From Candidatus Acidiferrales bacterium (GTDB lineage: Bacteria; Chloroflexota; Dormibacteria; Aeolococcales; Aeolococcaceae), in the NCBI GenBank assembly GCA_035534435.1, contig DATLRX010000014.1:5998-69997 (forward strand): 64,000 nucleotides of DNA. The letters run 5' to 3'. Numbering within the stretch: the stretch's first letter is position 1; each line of letters opens with the position of its first letter. Positions 1-10,523 of this stretch are shown here, one piece after another. Position numbers and translations under genes: made by a program. The notes below the pieces were generated by a model, which was not told the DNA's origin, did no database searches, and saw only the letters and a list, made by a program, of their open reading frames with translations.

Positions 1-73
1 CCGCCTGGTCGTCGAAGTCCGCTGACCCCGAGGGGCACCCGATCGGGTCCCGGCACACTGGTAGGCTTCGTCG

Positions 74-1458
<1,385 letters not shown>

Positions 1459-1462
<4 letters not shown>

Positions 1463-4113
1463 GAACGAGCTCGAAGGCTCGGGCTCCGCACCTCGTCACA
1501 ACGACACCGGAGGCGCCACGGCAGACGCTCGACCTGGCCACGGCGGGCGACACGCCCATCCTGCGCGAATACCGGGCCATCAAGGCAGACTTCCCGGACG
1601 CCATCGTCCTCGCCCGTCTCGGCGACTTCTTCGAGATGTTCGGACCCGACGCCGAGCAGGCGGCGCCCATCCTGGGTCTGGCGCTCACCGGCCGCGGCTT
1701 CGGCGCCGCAGGACGGCTGCCGATGTGCGGCTTCCCGCACCAGGCACTGCCACAGCAGGTCCGCAAGCTCCTCGACTCGGGGCATTCGGCCGCTGTCTGG
1801 GACCAGGTCGGTGAGGTGGTCGCGGGGAAGCTGGTCCGCCGAGCGGTGACACGGGTCCTGAGCCCCGGCATGGTCGTTGAGGCGGAGCTGCTGGAGAGCT
1901 CGTCGGTGTCACGGTGCGTCGGGGTGTTCGTCGACCACGGCAGGACCGGCATCGCAGCGTTCGATCCCAACACCCAGCACCTGGAGTTGCTCGAGGTCGC
2001 AGGCGGCGTGGACGGGGTCGCCCTCGGGGACGAGCTTGCCCGGCTCGACACGACGGAGGTGCTCGTGCCGGAAGGCACCTCGGTCCCGTCGCCGTTCGGC
2101 GCCGGCGCGCGCGTCACGCCGCTGGCCCCCGCGCTCTTCGACCTCTCCCGCGCGGCGGAACGCCTCCGCGCCGCAACCGGCGCGATCTCGCTGGATGGCC
2201 TGGGTGTCGACGCCGTGCCGGCCGCGCTGCGCGCCGCGGGTGCGGTCCTCGCGTACTGCGAGCGCGCTCGCATCGTGATCAGCCCGGAGCTCCTGCGCAT
2301 CCAGGTCAGCGCGAGCGACGGCGCGATGCGCCTCGACGCGCACACGCGCAGGAACCTCGAGCTGTTCACGCGGCTCGGGGGCAGCGGTTCCTCGCTCCTG
2401 CAGCTGCTCGATGCGACCCGGACGCCGATGGGCGTGCGATTGCTCCGCGCGCGACTGCACGAACCGCTCACCGCCGTGGGGGACATCACGCGACGGCTCG
2501 ACTCGGTCACCACGCTGCGCGATGCGCGCGATGTTCGCCGGCGATTGCGCGAGGCGCTCGCGGGTGTGCGTGACCTCGAGCGCCTGGTCGCGCGCTGCGT
2601 GCAGGGCATCGCGACGCCGCGGGACCTCGGCTCCATCCGGGACACATGCGCAGCGCTCGACGCCACCGGCGCCGCCGTTCACGACATCAATGGCTCGCAG
2701 GAGCTCATCGAAGCCGCCGCCCACTGCGTCGCGCCACGCGGTCTGCGCGACCGTCTGCAGGAGCTGCTTGCGGACGAACTGCCCGCGACCGCCGCGGACG
2801 GCGGCGCGATCCGCCCGGGGGCCGACGTCGACCTCGACGCGCTGCGCACCTCGGGAAGCTCGGCGCGCTCCTACCTCGCGGCGCTCGAGTCGACGGAGCG
2901 CGAGCGTACCGGCATCCGTTCGCTCCGAGTCGGCTACAACCGCGTCTTCGGCTACTACATCGAGGTTCCCAACGCGCAGCGCGAGCGCGTTCCGGACGAC
3001 TACGCGCGCAAGCAGACTCTCGCCGGGGCCGAACGCTTCGTCACCCCCGATCTCAAGGAGCACGAGGCGATCGTGCTGCATGCCCGGGACCGAGCCGTCG
3101 CCCGCGAGGTGGAGCTCCTCGCCGAAGCGACGGCACTCGTTGCCGGTGAGGCGCGAGCGCTGGCGGACGCGGCGGCCGGCGTGGCGATACTCGATGTCAC
3201 GCAGTCGCTCGCAACCGTTGCCGAGGAGCAGCACTGGGTGCGGCCGTCAGTGGACATGTCGACGGTACTGCGGATCGTCGGCGGCCGTCACCCGCTCGTG
3301 GAGCGCACGCTGGGGCCGGGACGCTTCGTGCCCAACGACCTGGCGCTGGATGACGGGGCTCGCATCGTCGTCCTCACCGGCCCGAACATGGCCGGCAAGT
3401 CGACATATCTGCGCCAGACCGCGAGCATCGTGCTCCTCGCGCAGATCGGCTCGTACGTCCCCGCCGAGGAGGCCACGATCGGCGTGTGCGATCGCATCTT
3501 CACGCGCATCGGCGCCCACGACGATCTCAGCGGCGGCCTCTCGACGTTCATGGTGGAGATGGCAGAAACTGCTGCGATCCTGCGTCAGGCGAGCTCGCGG
3601 AGCCTCGTGATCCTCGACGAGATCGGCCGTGGCACCTCGACGTACGACGGCGTGAGCATCGCGCAGGCAGTCGTCGAGTACCTCCACGACGCCCCGCAGC
3701 TGAACTGCCGCACGCTCTTTGCGACGCACTTCCACGAGCTCACGGTCCTTGCGGGACAGCTCCCGAGGGTGCGCAACGCGCGTGTCGAGGTCGTCGAGGA
3801 CGGAGCGGACATCACGTTCCTCCATCGCATCGTTCCCGGGGGCGCGGATCGTTCGTACGGAGTCCACGTGGCCCGTCTTGCCGGAATTCCGGGCGGCGTC
3901 GTGGTGCGCGCTCGCCAGCTGCTCGCCGAACAGGAGCGTGCGAGGCCGCTCGCCGGCGGCGGAGGGCACGGGTCCGATCAGCTCACGCTGCCGATGGCTT
4001 CGCCAGGACCGCATCCGGTGATGAGCGAGCTCGCATCGCTCGACCTCGACGCCATGACTCCGATCGCGGCGTTGAACAAGCTGGTCGAGCTCCATGGACG
4101 AGCGGTCCGATGA
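1459..4113 (+). CDS. mutS: DNA mismatch repair protein MutS
   Basis: ORF 1357..4113. I set the start at the in-frame GTG 1459, which overlaps the miaB stop (GTGA). Motifs: 'GDFFEMFG' mismatch-binding region, Walker A 'GPNMAGKST', 'STFMVEM' and 'DEIGRGTSTYDG'. Confidence 0.93.
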
Positions 4114-5915
4114 TCACGAGCGCACCGATACACCGTTTGCCGCAGGTCGTCGCCGATGCGATCGCGGCGGGGGAGGTGATCGAGCGGCCTGCGTCGGTGG
4201 TGAAGGAGCTCGTGGAGAACGCGCTCGACGCCGGCGCGACGCGTATCGACATCAGCATCGAGGGAGGTGGGCTTGTCCGCATCGCGGTGGTCGATGACGG
4301 CTCGGGAATCGCGGCGGCAGACCTGGAGCTCGCGGTCGAGCGACACGCGACCTCGAAAATCGCGGAGGCATCGGACATCGCGCGCGTCGGCAGCCTGGGG
4401 TTTCGCGGCGAGGCGCTTGCGAGCATCGCGGCCGTCTCGGACCTGCGCCTGACCACGCGGACGGCGGCATCCGCCGGCGCCGCGACGCTGCGGATACGCG
4501 ACGGCGTCCTCCTGGAGCGCGGCGTTGCCGCGAGCGCGGCCGGCACGCAGGTCGAGGTGCACGAGCTCTTCGCAAGCGCCCCGGCGCGGCTTCGCTTCCT
4601 GAAGTCCGTGGCGACTGAGGCGGCCGCCGCGGTCCGCGTCGCTGCCGATCTCGCGGTCAGTCATCCTGAGGTGTCGTTCACCTGCAGGACCGACGGACGC
4701 GTCGTGGTGCGCACCCCCGGCGGTTCGCTGCGCGATGCGATCCGCGCAACGATCGGCACCCGTGCGGAGCGTGAGCTGCTTGCCGTCGACGCCCCCGGAG
4801 CGATCGCCGTCAGCGGCGCGATCTCGTCACCGCACGCACATCGCGCGTCGCGAAGCGGCCTGATCCTCATCGTCAATCGACGCCGCGTGCACAACCGAGC
4901 GCTGCTCGCGGCGATTGACGAGTCGTATCGCGGGCTCATCCCGGGCGGACGCCACGGGTTTGGCGTTGTGTGCGTCGACGTGGCGCCGGAGACCCTCGAT
5001 GTCAACGTGCATCCCGCCAAGCGCGAGGTCCGCTTCAGCGATGAGCGCGCCGTGTTCACCGCCGTGCAGCGGGCCTGCTGGGCAGCCCTGCGTGCCGCCC
5101 CTGCACTCGGCGCGGGCGGCGAGATCCCGAACGCCTTCGGCCGGCGCCTTGCGCCCGATGCGCCGGCGCTCGGGCTGCATGGGCTCGAGTTCCGGGATGG
5201 CGAAGGCGTCGTCGAGATCGTCGGACGCTCAGAGGCACAGCCATATGGGTTCGGCACGCACGATCGCGGTGCTCCGGCCGTTCCCGCCGGGAGCGCGACC
5301 GAGGACGGCGACGACGCGCTCGCGAGGCTGCCCGCGATGTCGGCGCTCGGGCAGGCTGGGAGCGGCTTCGTCGTTGCAACCGCGGGGGACTCCGTCGTGC
5401 TGGTGGACCCGCACGCCGCGCACGAGAAGATCCTCTACGCGGAGCTTCGCGAACACTGGAGCCGGCAGGGTTCGCAGCCCGCCGGATCGCAGATGCTGCT
5501 CATGCCCGTGGTGGTCGAATGCGGCGCGGATGCGGCCGCGCGAGTTGCGGACGAACATGACTTCTTCTCGCGCTGTGGCTTCAGCATCGAGCAGTTCGGT
5601 CCGTCGACGGTGCGCTGCACCGCCATCCCGGTCACCGCCGCGGGTGCCGACCCCGACCGGCTCGTCGCCGAGCTGCTCGAGCGTCTCGACCGGCCCGGCG
5701 CCGGACGCGACGAGCGCAACCACCGCCTGGCCGCCCTCGTCGCCTGCCACTCCGCGGTGCGCTTCGGCGATCGGCTCGACATCGATGCCCAGCAGCGGAT
5801 CCTCGACCGCCTGGTGGCGACTCCGGGCGGCACCACCTGCCCGCACGGGCGCCCCTCGGTGGTCATCCTCAGCGACCCGGTGCTGCGCCGCGCGTTCCGA
5901 CGCCCCGCGCGGTGA
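4110..5915 (+). CDS. mutL: DNA mismatch repair protein MutL
   Basis: ATG 4110 overlaps the mutS stop (ATGA). GHKL ATPase motifs 'VKELVENALDAGA', 'DDGSGI' and 'LGFRGEAL' are present. The 3486..4109 part of the listed ORF lies inside mutS and is treated as an artefact. Confidence 0.93.
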   Translation: MITSAPIHRLPQVVADAIAAGEVIERPASVVKELVENALDAGATRIDISIEGGGLVRIAVVDDGSGIAAADLELAVERHATSKIAEASDIARVGSLGFRGEALASIAAVSDLRLTTRTAASAGAATLRIRDGVLLERGVAASAAGTQVEVHELFASAPARLRFLKSVATEAAAAVRVAADLAVSHPEVSFTCRTDGRVVVRTPGGSLRDAIRATIGTRAERELLAVDAPGAIAVSGAISSPHAHRASRSGLILIVNRRRVHNRALLAAIDESYRGLIPGGRHGFGVVCVDVAPETLDVNVHPAKREVRFSDERAVFTAVQRACWAALRAAPALGAGGEIPNAFGRRLAPDAPALGLHGLEFRDGEGVVEIVGRSEAQPYGFGTHDRGAPAVPAGSATEDGDDALARLPAMSALGQAGSGFVVATAGDSVVLVDPHAAHEKILYAELREHWSRQGSQPAGSQMLLMPVVVECGADAAARVADEHDFFSRCGFSIEQFGPSTVRCTAIPVTAAGADPDRLVAELLERLDRPGAGRDERNHRLAALVACHSAVRFGDRLDIDAQQRILDRLVATPGGTTCPHGRPSVVILSDPVLRRAFRRPAR

Positions 5916-6844
5916 CCAGCCCGCTCCTCGTGATCGTCGGGCCCACCTGCACCGGCAAGACGGCGCTCGCGGTGGCGGCGGCCCGGGCGCTTGCCCCGGC
6001 GGAGATCCTCAATGCCGACTCGAGGCAGGTTCGGCGCGGCCTGACCGTTGGGACGTGCGCGCCGACCGCCCGCGAGCTCAAGGGCGTCCGATGCCAGCTG
6101 CTCGACCTCTGCGACCCCGACGCGCCGTTCACCGTCGCGGACTGGCTGACCGCGGCCCGTCGCTGCCTCGAGCGGCTCGACCGCGCCGGAACCCGCGCGG
6201 TGGTCTGCGGCGGCACGGGCCTGTACGTCACCGCGCTCGTCGACGGCTTCGACCTCACCGGCGCTGCGCCCGACCCTGAGCGGCGCGCGGAGCGCACGCA
6301 GGCGGCATCCACACCCGTGGGGCTCGAGTCGCTGGTACGAGAGCTGCAGGCTCGTGACCCTGAGGGTGCGGCGACAATCGACCGGCGCAACCCTCGCCGC
6401 GTGATCCGCGCCCTCGAGATTCTCGACGCCAGGGGCGGGTCGCTGCGAACCGCTCAGCGCCGCATCGCCGCTCGCGACGCGGTGATGATCGGGCTTGACG
6501 TCGCGCGCCCCCTTCACGCGCAGTGGATCGAACGCCGCACCGCCGCGATGTTCGAGGGTGGCGGGATCCAGACCGAGGTCCGGAGCCTCCTCGACGCAGG
6601 GCTCGACCGCACCGCGGTGGCGAGGTGCGGCATCGGTTACGCCGAAGCGCTCGACCTGATCGAGGGACGGTTGGGCGCCGAGGCGGCGATCCAGGCGGCC
6701 ATACGCCGGACGCTGCGCTACGCGAGAGCGCAGCGGACGTGGTTTCGCCGCGACGCGCGCATCCGCTGGCTCCGGCTCGATCTCATGAGCCCCGATGAGC
6801 TCCTCGCCGAGACGCTCTGCCTCGTCGCCGCCCCGCAGACCTGA
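5912..6844 (+). CDS. miaA: tRNA dimethylallyltransferase MiaA
   Basis: GTG 5912 overlaps the mutL stop (GTGA). P-loop 'VGPTCTGKTALAV' and typical IPP-transferase length and layout. Confidence 0.88.
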   Translation: MTSPLLVIVGPTCTGKTALAVAAARALAPAEILNADSRQVRRGLTVGTCAPTARELKGVRCQLLDLCDPDAPFTVADWLTAARRCLERLDRAGTRAVVCGGTGLYVTALVDGFDLTGAAPDPERRAERTQAASTPVGLESLVRELQARDPEGAATIDRRNPRRVIRALEILDARGGSLRTAQRRIAARDAVMIGLDVARPLHAQWIERRTAAMFEGGGIQTEVRSLLDAGLDRTAVARCGIGYAEALDLIEGRLGAEAAIQAAIRRTLRYARAQRTWFRRDARIRWLRLDLMSPDELLAETLCLVAAPQT

Positions 6845-6854
6845 TTTCATGCCA

Positions 6855-6866
6855 GAACATCCGTTT
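6855..6866. promoter_or_regulatory. Candidate LexA (SOS) box GAACATCCGTTT upstream of lexA
   Basis: GAAC-N4-GTTT lies 66 nt upstream of the lexA ATG. It is the reverse complement, with one mismatch, of the GAACGGATGTTC 12-mer found twice at 9369-9411. Confidence 0.6.
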
Positions 6867-6893
6867 GCATTTTTGACCATCCCGTGCTACATT
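6865..6893 (+). promoter_or_regulatory. Putative sigma70-type promoter of lexA (TTGCAT-17 nt-TACATT)
   Basis: The -35-like TTGCAT (6865-6870) overlaps the right arm of the SOS box. A 17-nt spacer precedes the -10-like TACATT (6888-6893). GGAGG at 6915-6919 precedes ATG 6932. Confidence 0.4.
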
Positions 6894-6931
6894 CCGGGGC
6901 GCCCAAGCTGGCTGGAGGAAGTTTCAAACCA

Positions 6932-7564
6932 ATGCCTGACTCCCTGAATCCGCGGCAGCGTCAAATCCTCGACTTTCTACGAGATCACAGCCGCGATCAT
7001 TCCTATCCGCCGACCGTCCGAGAGATCGGTCGCGCAGTGGGTCTCAGCTCGTCATCGACGGTGCAGAACCACCTGAACACGCTGGAGACCCGCGGGTACA
7101 TCACTCGGGACCCAGCGAAGTCCCGCACCGTGGAGATCGTCGACGCGCAGGAGTCCCGCGTGCCGAGCAACATCGTCAACCTCCCGCTCGTCGGCCGCGT
7201 CGCGGCCGGCACGCCGGTCCTGGCCGTCGAGAACGTCGAGGAGCACCTCAGCGTCGGCACGGAGATCGCGGGCGGCGACGACTCGTACGCGCTCACGGTT
7301 CACGGCGAGAGCATGATCGACGCCGGCATCCACGACGGCGACATCGTCGTCGTCCGCCCCCGGCGCGATGCCGCAAACGGCACGATCGTCGTCGCTCGCA
7401 TCGAGAACGAGACCACCGGCGAGAGCGAGGTCACGGTCAAGCGCTTCTTTCGCGAATCCGGTCGTGTGCGCCTGCAGCCGGAGAACGTGACCATGGAGCC
7501 GATCTACGCGAAGGACGTGACCCTCGAAGGGGTCGTCGTCGCGGTCATCCGCCTCCTGAAGTAA
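6932..7564 (+). CDS. lexA: SOS repressor LexA (S24 peptidase)
   Basis: N-terminal wHTH 'PTVREIGRAVGLSSSSTVQNHLNTLETRGYI', Ala-Gly cleavage region 'GRVAAGTP', catalytic 'GESM' Ser and 'VKRF' Lys. The start is taken at ATG 6932 behind an RBS, because the listed GTG 6884 falls inside the predicted promoter. Confidence 0.93.
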   Translation: MPDSLNPRQRQILDFLRDHSRDHSYPPTVREIGRAVGLSSSSTVQNHLNTLETRGYITRDPAKSRTVEIVDAQESRVPSNIVNLPLVGRVAAGTPVLAVENVEEHLSVGTEIAGGDDSYALTVHGESMIDAGIHDGDIVVVRPRRDAANGTIVVARIENETTGESEVTVKRFFRESGRVRLQPENVTMEPIYAKDVTLEGVVVAVIRLLK

Positions 7565-7606
7565 GCCTCGTCGCATCGGCCCGCTCATCGGTCCGGCACG
7601 TCGGTC

Positions 7607-8086
7607 TCAGCCTTGCGGACCGCTCCCGATGTTCTCGAGCGTGAGGCGAGGAAGCGATCCGAGATACGCATCGAGCGCAGCCGCGAGCTCGGAGCTGGCC
7701 TGCCCGTGCACGGTCACGCGGGTCCCCCCCATGTCGTCGGCCACGGCGCTGATCGCGAGATCAGGACGGTTGTCGAGCAGCAGGGGCACCGCCGGCAGCA
7801 ATGCCAGCGGCAGCAGGATGATGAGCACGGGCGTCACCGCGGTGAGGATGAGCACCGCCAGCACGATCGCAAGCCCAAGCAGAACCGCCACGTCGCCGCC
7901 GTACCTGCGCCGCTGCTGCGGCCGCAGGACCAGGTAGTTCGGTCCGCGCTCGGCCACGGCGATGCCGGGCATGCGTCGGGCGGCGAACTCGCCGAGCACG
8001 TCGTCGGGCGGCTTACCGGTCCGCAGCGAGAACTGATAGGCACGAGTCCGCAGGCGAGTCAGCGATGCGCGCATTGGGTTTCCCAT
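7607..8086 (-). CDS. Hypothetical membrane protein
   Basis: The C-terminal two-thirds of ORF 7607..8311 has protein-like composition and a long hydrophobic stretch, 'VAVLLGLAIVLAVLILTAVTPVLIILLPLALLPAVPLLL'. The start is uncertain (ATG 8086 or 8074). Confidence 0.4.
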   Translation of the reverse strand: MGNPMRASLTRLRTRAYQFSLRTGKPPDDVLGEFAARRMPGIAVAERGPNYLVLRPQQRRRYGGDVAVLLGLAIVLAVLILTAVTPVLIILLPLALLPAVPLLLDNRPDLAISAVADDMGGTRVTVHGQASSELAAALDAYLGSLPRLTLENIGSGPQG

Positions 8087-8111
8087 TTGTACCGCGTCGC
8101 GACAGCCACGC

Positions 8112-9083
8112 GTGACGTGCGATAGCCTTGGTACGGTGATGGCACGCCCGCCGGCATCCTCGCTGAACCTCGATCCGCTGCTGCTGGGTGTGGTCATCGT
8201 GATCGTGGGCGGCTGGCTGTGGCTCGCCCGGCGAGGCACGCAGCCCCTCGGCAGCGGGCGCCGATCCGCATTCGCCGTGGCCGTCCTGCTGCTGGTTGCC
8301 GTCTGGATCACGCCGCTGGCGACGCTCGCGCAGCACTACCTACTGGCGGCGCATCTGATCCAGGTGCTCATCGTCATGGGACCCGTCGCGGCGATGCTCC
8401 TGCTCTCGCTGCCTCCGGACGTCCGGATCGCGCGGAACTCCGTCCCAGGGCTCATCCGCCTGGCCGTCCACCCTGTGGTTGCGATCATCGCGCTCAACGC
8501 CACCTTCATCGCGTGGCATATCTCGCCCACGTACGACGCCGCGCTTGCCAGCTGGTGGCTCTACGACCTCATGGAGGCGAGCCTTCTGCTGGTCTCGCTC
8601 TTGTTCTGGTGGCCGATCGTCAGCCCGTGTTCGGCCCCGGGGCAACGCGTCTCGGGTTTCGCCAAGCTCGGGTACATCGTGCTCGCGACCATCCCGCAGA
8701 CCTTCGGCGGGCTGCTTGTGGCGCTGGCGAGTCATGTGCTCTACGCGGGGTACGGCGATGGGCCACGCCTCGTCGGGCTCGATCCGATAACGGATCAGCA
8801 GATCGCCGGAGCGAGCATCGCGCTCGTCAGCAAGATCGCGTTGCTGTTCGCGTTCTTCGTGGTCTTCATGAACCTCCTCAACGCAGACGGCGACGCTCGC
8901 GAGGAGGACGGCGGCGGCGGTGGCGGGGGAGGCTCGAATCCTCGGGTCGACGCGCCGACACCACGGCCTTCGGGCATCCCGCGCTGGCTCGACGACGTCG
9001 GCGACGGACGGACGACCGACGAGCCCGCCGTGGTTCCGCGGCCGGTCAGGGTGCCGGTAGGGTCAGGGTCTCGCCCGGCCTGA
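8112..9083 (+). CDS. Cytochrome c oxidase assembly factor CtaG-like polytopic membrane protein
   Basis: Multi-TM protein whose pattern ('HLIQVLIVMGP', 'HPVVAIIALNATFIAWHISP', 'LLFWWPIV') resembles the Caa3_CtaG family. Gly-rich low-complexity C-terminal tail. Confidence 0.5.
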   Translation: MTCDSLGTVMARPPASSLNLDPLLLGVVIVIVGGWLWLARRGTQPLGSGRRSAFAVAVLLLVAVWITPLATLAQHYLLAAHLIQVLIVMGPVAAMLLLSLPPDVRIARNSVPGLIRLAVHPVVAIIALNATFIAWHISPTYDAALASWWLYDLMEASLLLVSLLFWWPIVSPCSAPGQRVSGFAKLGYIVLATIPQTFGGLLVALASHVLYAGYGDGPRLVGLDPITDQQIAGASIALVSKIALLFAFFVVFMNLLNADGDAREEDGGGGGGGGSNPRVDAPTPRPSGIPRWLDDVGDGRTTDEPAVVPRPVRVPVGSGSRPA

Positions 9084-9357
9084 GAGCAGCGCTCTCGAGA
9101 TGGTTGGCGGATTCGATCTCCGAGATCGCCTGCTCGACGCTGGTGCCGGGGTAGTGGGCTTCCGCGATCCCCCACAGCGTCTGCCCGGCCTGTACGACCA
9201 CGCGGTCAGTGTGGCTCGGAGCGCCTGCATACGCGACGCCACCGACGACCACGAGCCCGCCGGCCACCGTGGCCAGGACGATGGCGAGCCGAGCCGGGAG
9301 GCTGCGACGCTGTGGGTGGTTGGAGTAGCGGTGAGGTCCGAGTGTGTCCTGGATCAT
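9046..9357 (-). CDS. Small TM + LysM-domain protein, candidate SOS-induced cell-division inhibitor (YneA/ChiZ-like)
   Basis: 103 aa. One TM segment, 'LAIVLATVAGGLVVVGGVAYA', is followed by a LysM motif, 'VVVQAGQTLWGIAEAHYPG...LRPGETLTLP'. Two perfect SOS boxes lie in its promoter. Confidence 0.7.
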   Translation of the reverse strand: MIQDTLGPHRYSNHPQRRSLPARLAIVLATVAGGLVVVGGVAYAGAPSHTDRVVVQAGQTLWGIAEAHYPGTSVEQAISEIESANHLESAALRPGETLTLPAP

Positions 9358-9368
9358 GTTCCTGCACC

Positions 9369-9380
9369 GAACGGATGTTC
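9369..9380. promoter_or_regulatory. LexA (SOS) box GAACGGATGTTC, promoter-proximal copy
   Basis: Perfect GAAC-N4-GTTC palindrome 12 nt upstream of the LysM gene start codon (9357, minus strand) and downstream of the predicted -10. Confidence 0.75.
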
Positions 9381-9389
9381 CATACCACG

Positions 9390-9418
9390 ACGATACAGGG
9401 AACGGATGTTCGAGTCAA
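9390..9418 (-). promoter_or_regulatory. Putative promoter of the LysM gene (TTGACT-17 nt-TATCGT on the minus strand)
   Basis: On the minus strand, TTGACT is the complement of 9413-9418 and TATCGT is the complement of 9390-9395. The spacer is 17 nt. Confidence 0.45.
9400..9411. promoter_or_regulatory. LexA (SOS) box GAACGGATGTTC, second identical copy
   Basis: Identical 12-mer 31 bp from the first copy. It sits inside the 17-nt spacer between the predicted -35 and -10 of the LysM gene promoter. Confidence 0.75.
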
Positions 9419-9434
9419 GGACCGGTCGTCACGA

Positions 9435-9479
9435 CCACGGCAACGATCGCCACGGCGACGATCGCCACGGCGACGAAGG
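9435..9479. repeat. 15-bp tandem repeat CCACGGCRACGATCG, about 2.8 copies
   Basis: Copies at 9435-9449, 9450-9464 and 9465-9476 (partial). The repeat is intergenic, between the stop of the 9503..10000 gene and the LysM promoter. Confidence 0.8.
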
Positions 9480-9502
9480 GACCTTTTCGACCGAAGGGCC
9501 AA

Positions 9503-10000
9503 CTAGGTCGCAGGCTGAAGCCACCGCTCCGCATCGCGACGGAATCTTCCGACGTACGCGGCGCCCCACAGCACGCGCTGCCGGTGGAAGGTCACGGTCT
9601 TCGCACCGAGGTCGACCAGTACCGGGAACTCGAACGATGACCAGTGCTTCGGCGGCGGTGTGGCTTCCACCGCAGCGATCAAGCCTGGGTCCGCGTGCGG
9701 AACCGCCGTCACGGCGACGCACACCCCTGAAGACCCGAGACCGCGACCACCACCGGTGCGCCGCACCGCCGTCTGGAAGCACGCGGCAGAGAATGCGGTG
9801 AAGTTGGCTGCGTCGACCGAGGTGTCGAGCCGAACGATCACGAACGTCGACACCGTGCTGAACATGCTCGCCTGAAAGTTCCGCCGCCCCGCCCAGATGC
9901 CCGCCATCCCGCCATCGACCGCGACGTTGGGCGTGACCTCGAAGCCGTCCGACACGAGGCGCTCCGATACAGTCGCCACGTACTGCTGAGGATCGGACAT
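9503..10000 (-). CDS. Hypothetical protein
   Basis: 165-aa ORF with balanced, protein-like composition ('MSDPQQYVATVSERLVSDGFEVTPNVAVDGG...'). I recognise no family. Confidence 0.5.
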   Translation of the reverse strand: MSDPQQYVATVSERLVSDGFEVTPNVAVDGGMAGIWAGRRNFQASMFSTVSTFVIVRLDTSVDAANFTAFSAACFQTAVRRTGGGRGLGSSGVCVAVTAVPHADPGLIAAVEATPPPKHWSSFEFPVLVDLGAKTVTFHRQRVLWGAAYVGRFRRDAERWLQPAT

Positions 10001-10037
10001 CGCCGCATCCTACGCGACAGCACCGGATAATCCTGCG

Positions 10038-10514
10038 GTGGCGCAACGCGCAATCCGGATCCGCTGCGCCGTCCTGATCTGGCGCGACGGCGAGGTGTTG
10101 CTCGTCCGCCACGAGAAGGGCGGTCACTCGTACTGGCTCGTCCCCGGCGGTGGAGTCGATCCGGGCGAAACGCTGGTCGAAGCGGGCGCCCGTGAGCTCC
10201 GCGAGGAGACGGGCTACAACGTCGAGGTGGGCCGGCTCGTCGCGCTCTGTGAGGCGATCGATCCGAACCCCGGAGGGCGGCACATCGTCAACACGGTGTA
10301 CTCGGGGACCATTCGCAACGGCGAGCTCGCGGTCGGCGCCAACGACAAGGCGCTGCGCGACGCGAGGTGGCTGCCGGTCGCCGAGCTCGCGACCCTGGAG
10401 ATGTACCCGCCGATCGGCGCCGAGCTGCTGGCAGTCATCCGTGAGAACGGCGAGGGTGCGGTGCGTGTGCTCGGCAACACCTGGCGCGACTGGGGCGAGC
10501 CCGAAAGCATCTGA
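10038..10514 (+). CDS. NUDIX hydrolase
   Basis: Nudix box 'GGGVDPGETLVEAGARELREETGY' (Gx5Ex7REUxEExGU). Confidence 0.85.
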   Translation: MAQRAIRIRCAVLIWRDGEVLLVRHEKGGHSYWLVPGGGVDPGETLVEAGARELREETGYNVEVGRLVALCEAIDPNPGGRHIVNTVYSGTIRNGELAVGANDKALRDARWLPVAELATLEMYPPIGAELLAVIRENGEGAVRVLGNTWRDWGEPESI

Positions 10515-10523
10515 GCGTCGCGC

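Noticed and set aside
9429-10283. 284-aa minus-strand ORF overlapping the 165-aa gene and the NUDIX gene.
   Set aside because: It is out of frame with, or antisense to, two more plausible genes, and I recognise no family.
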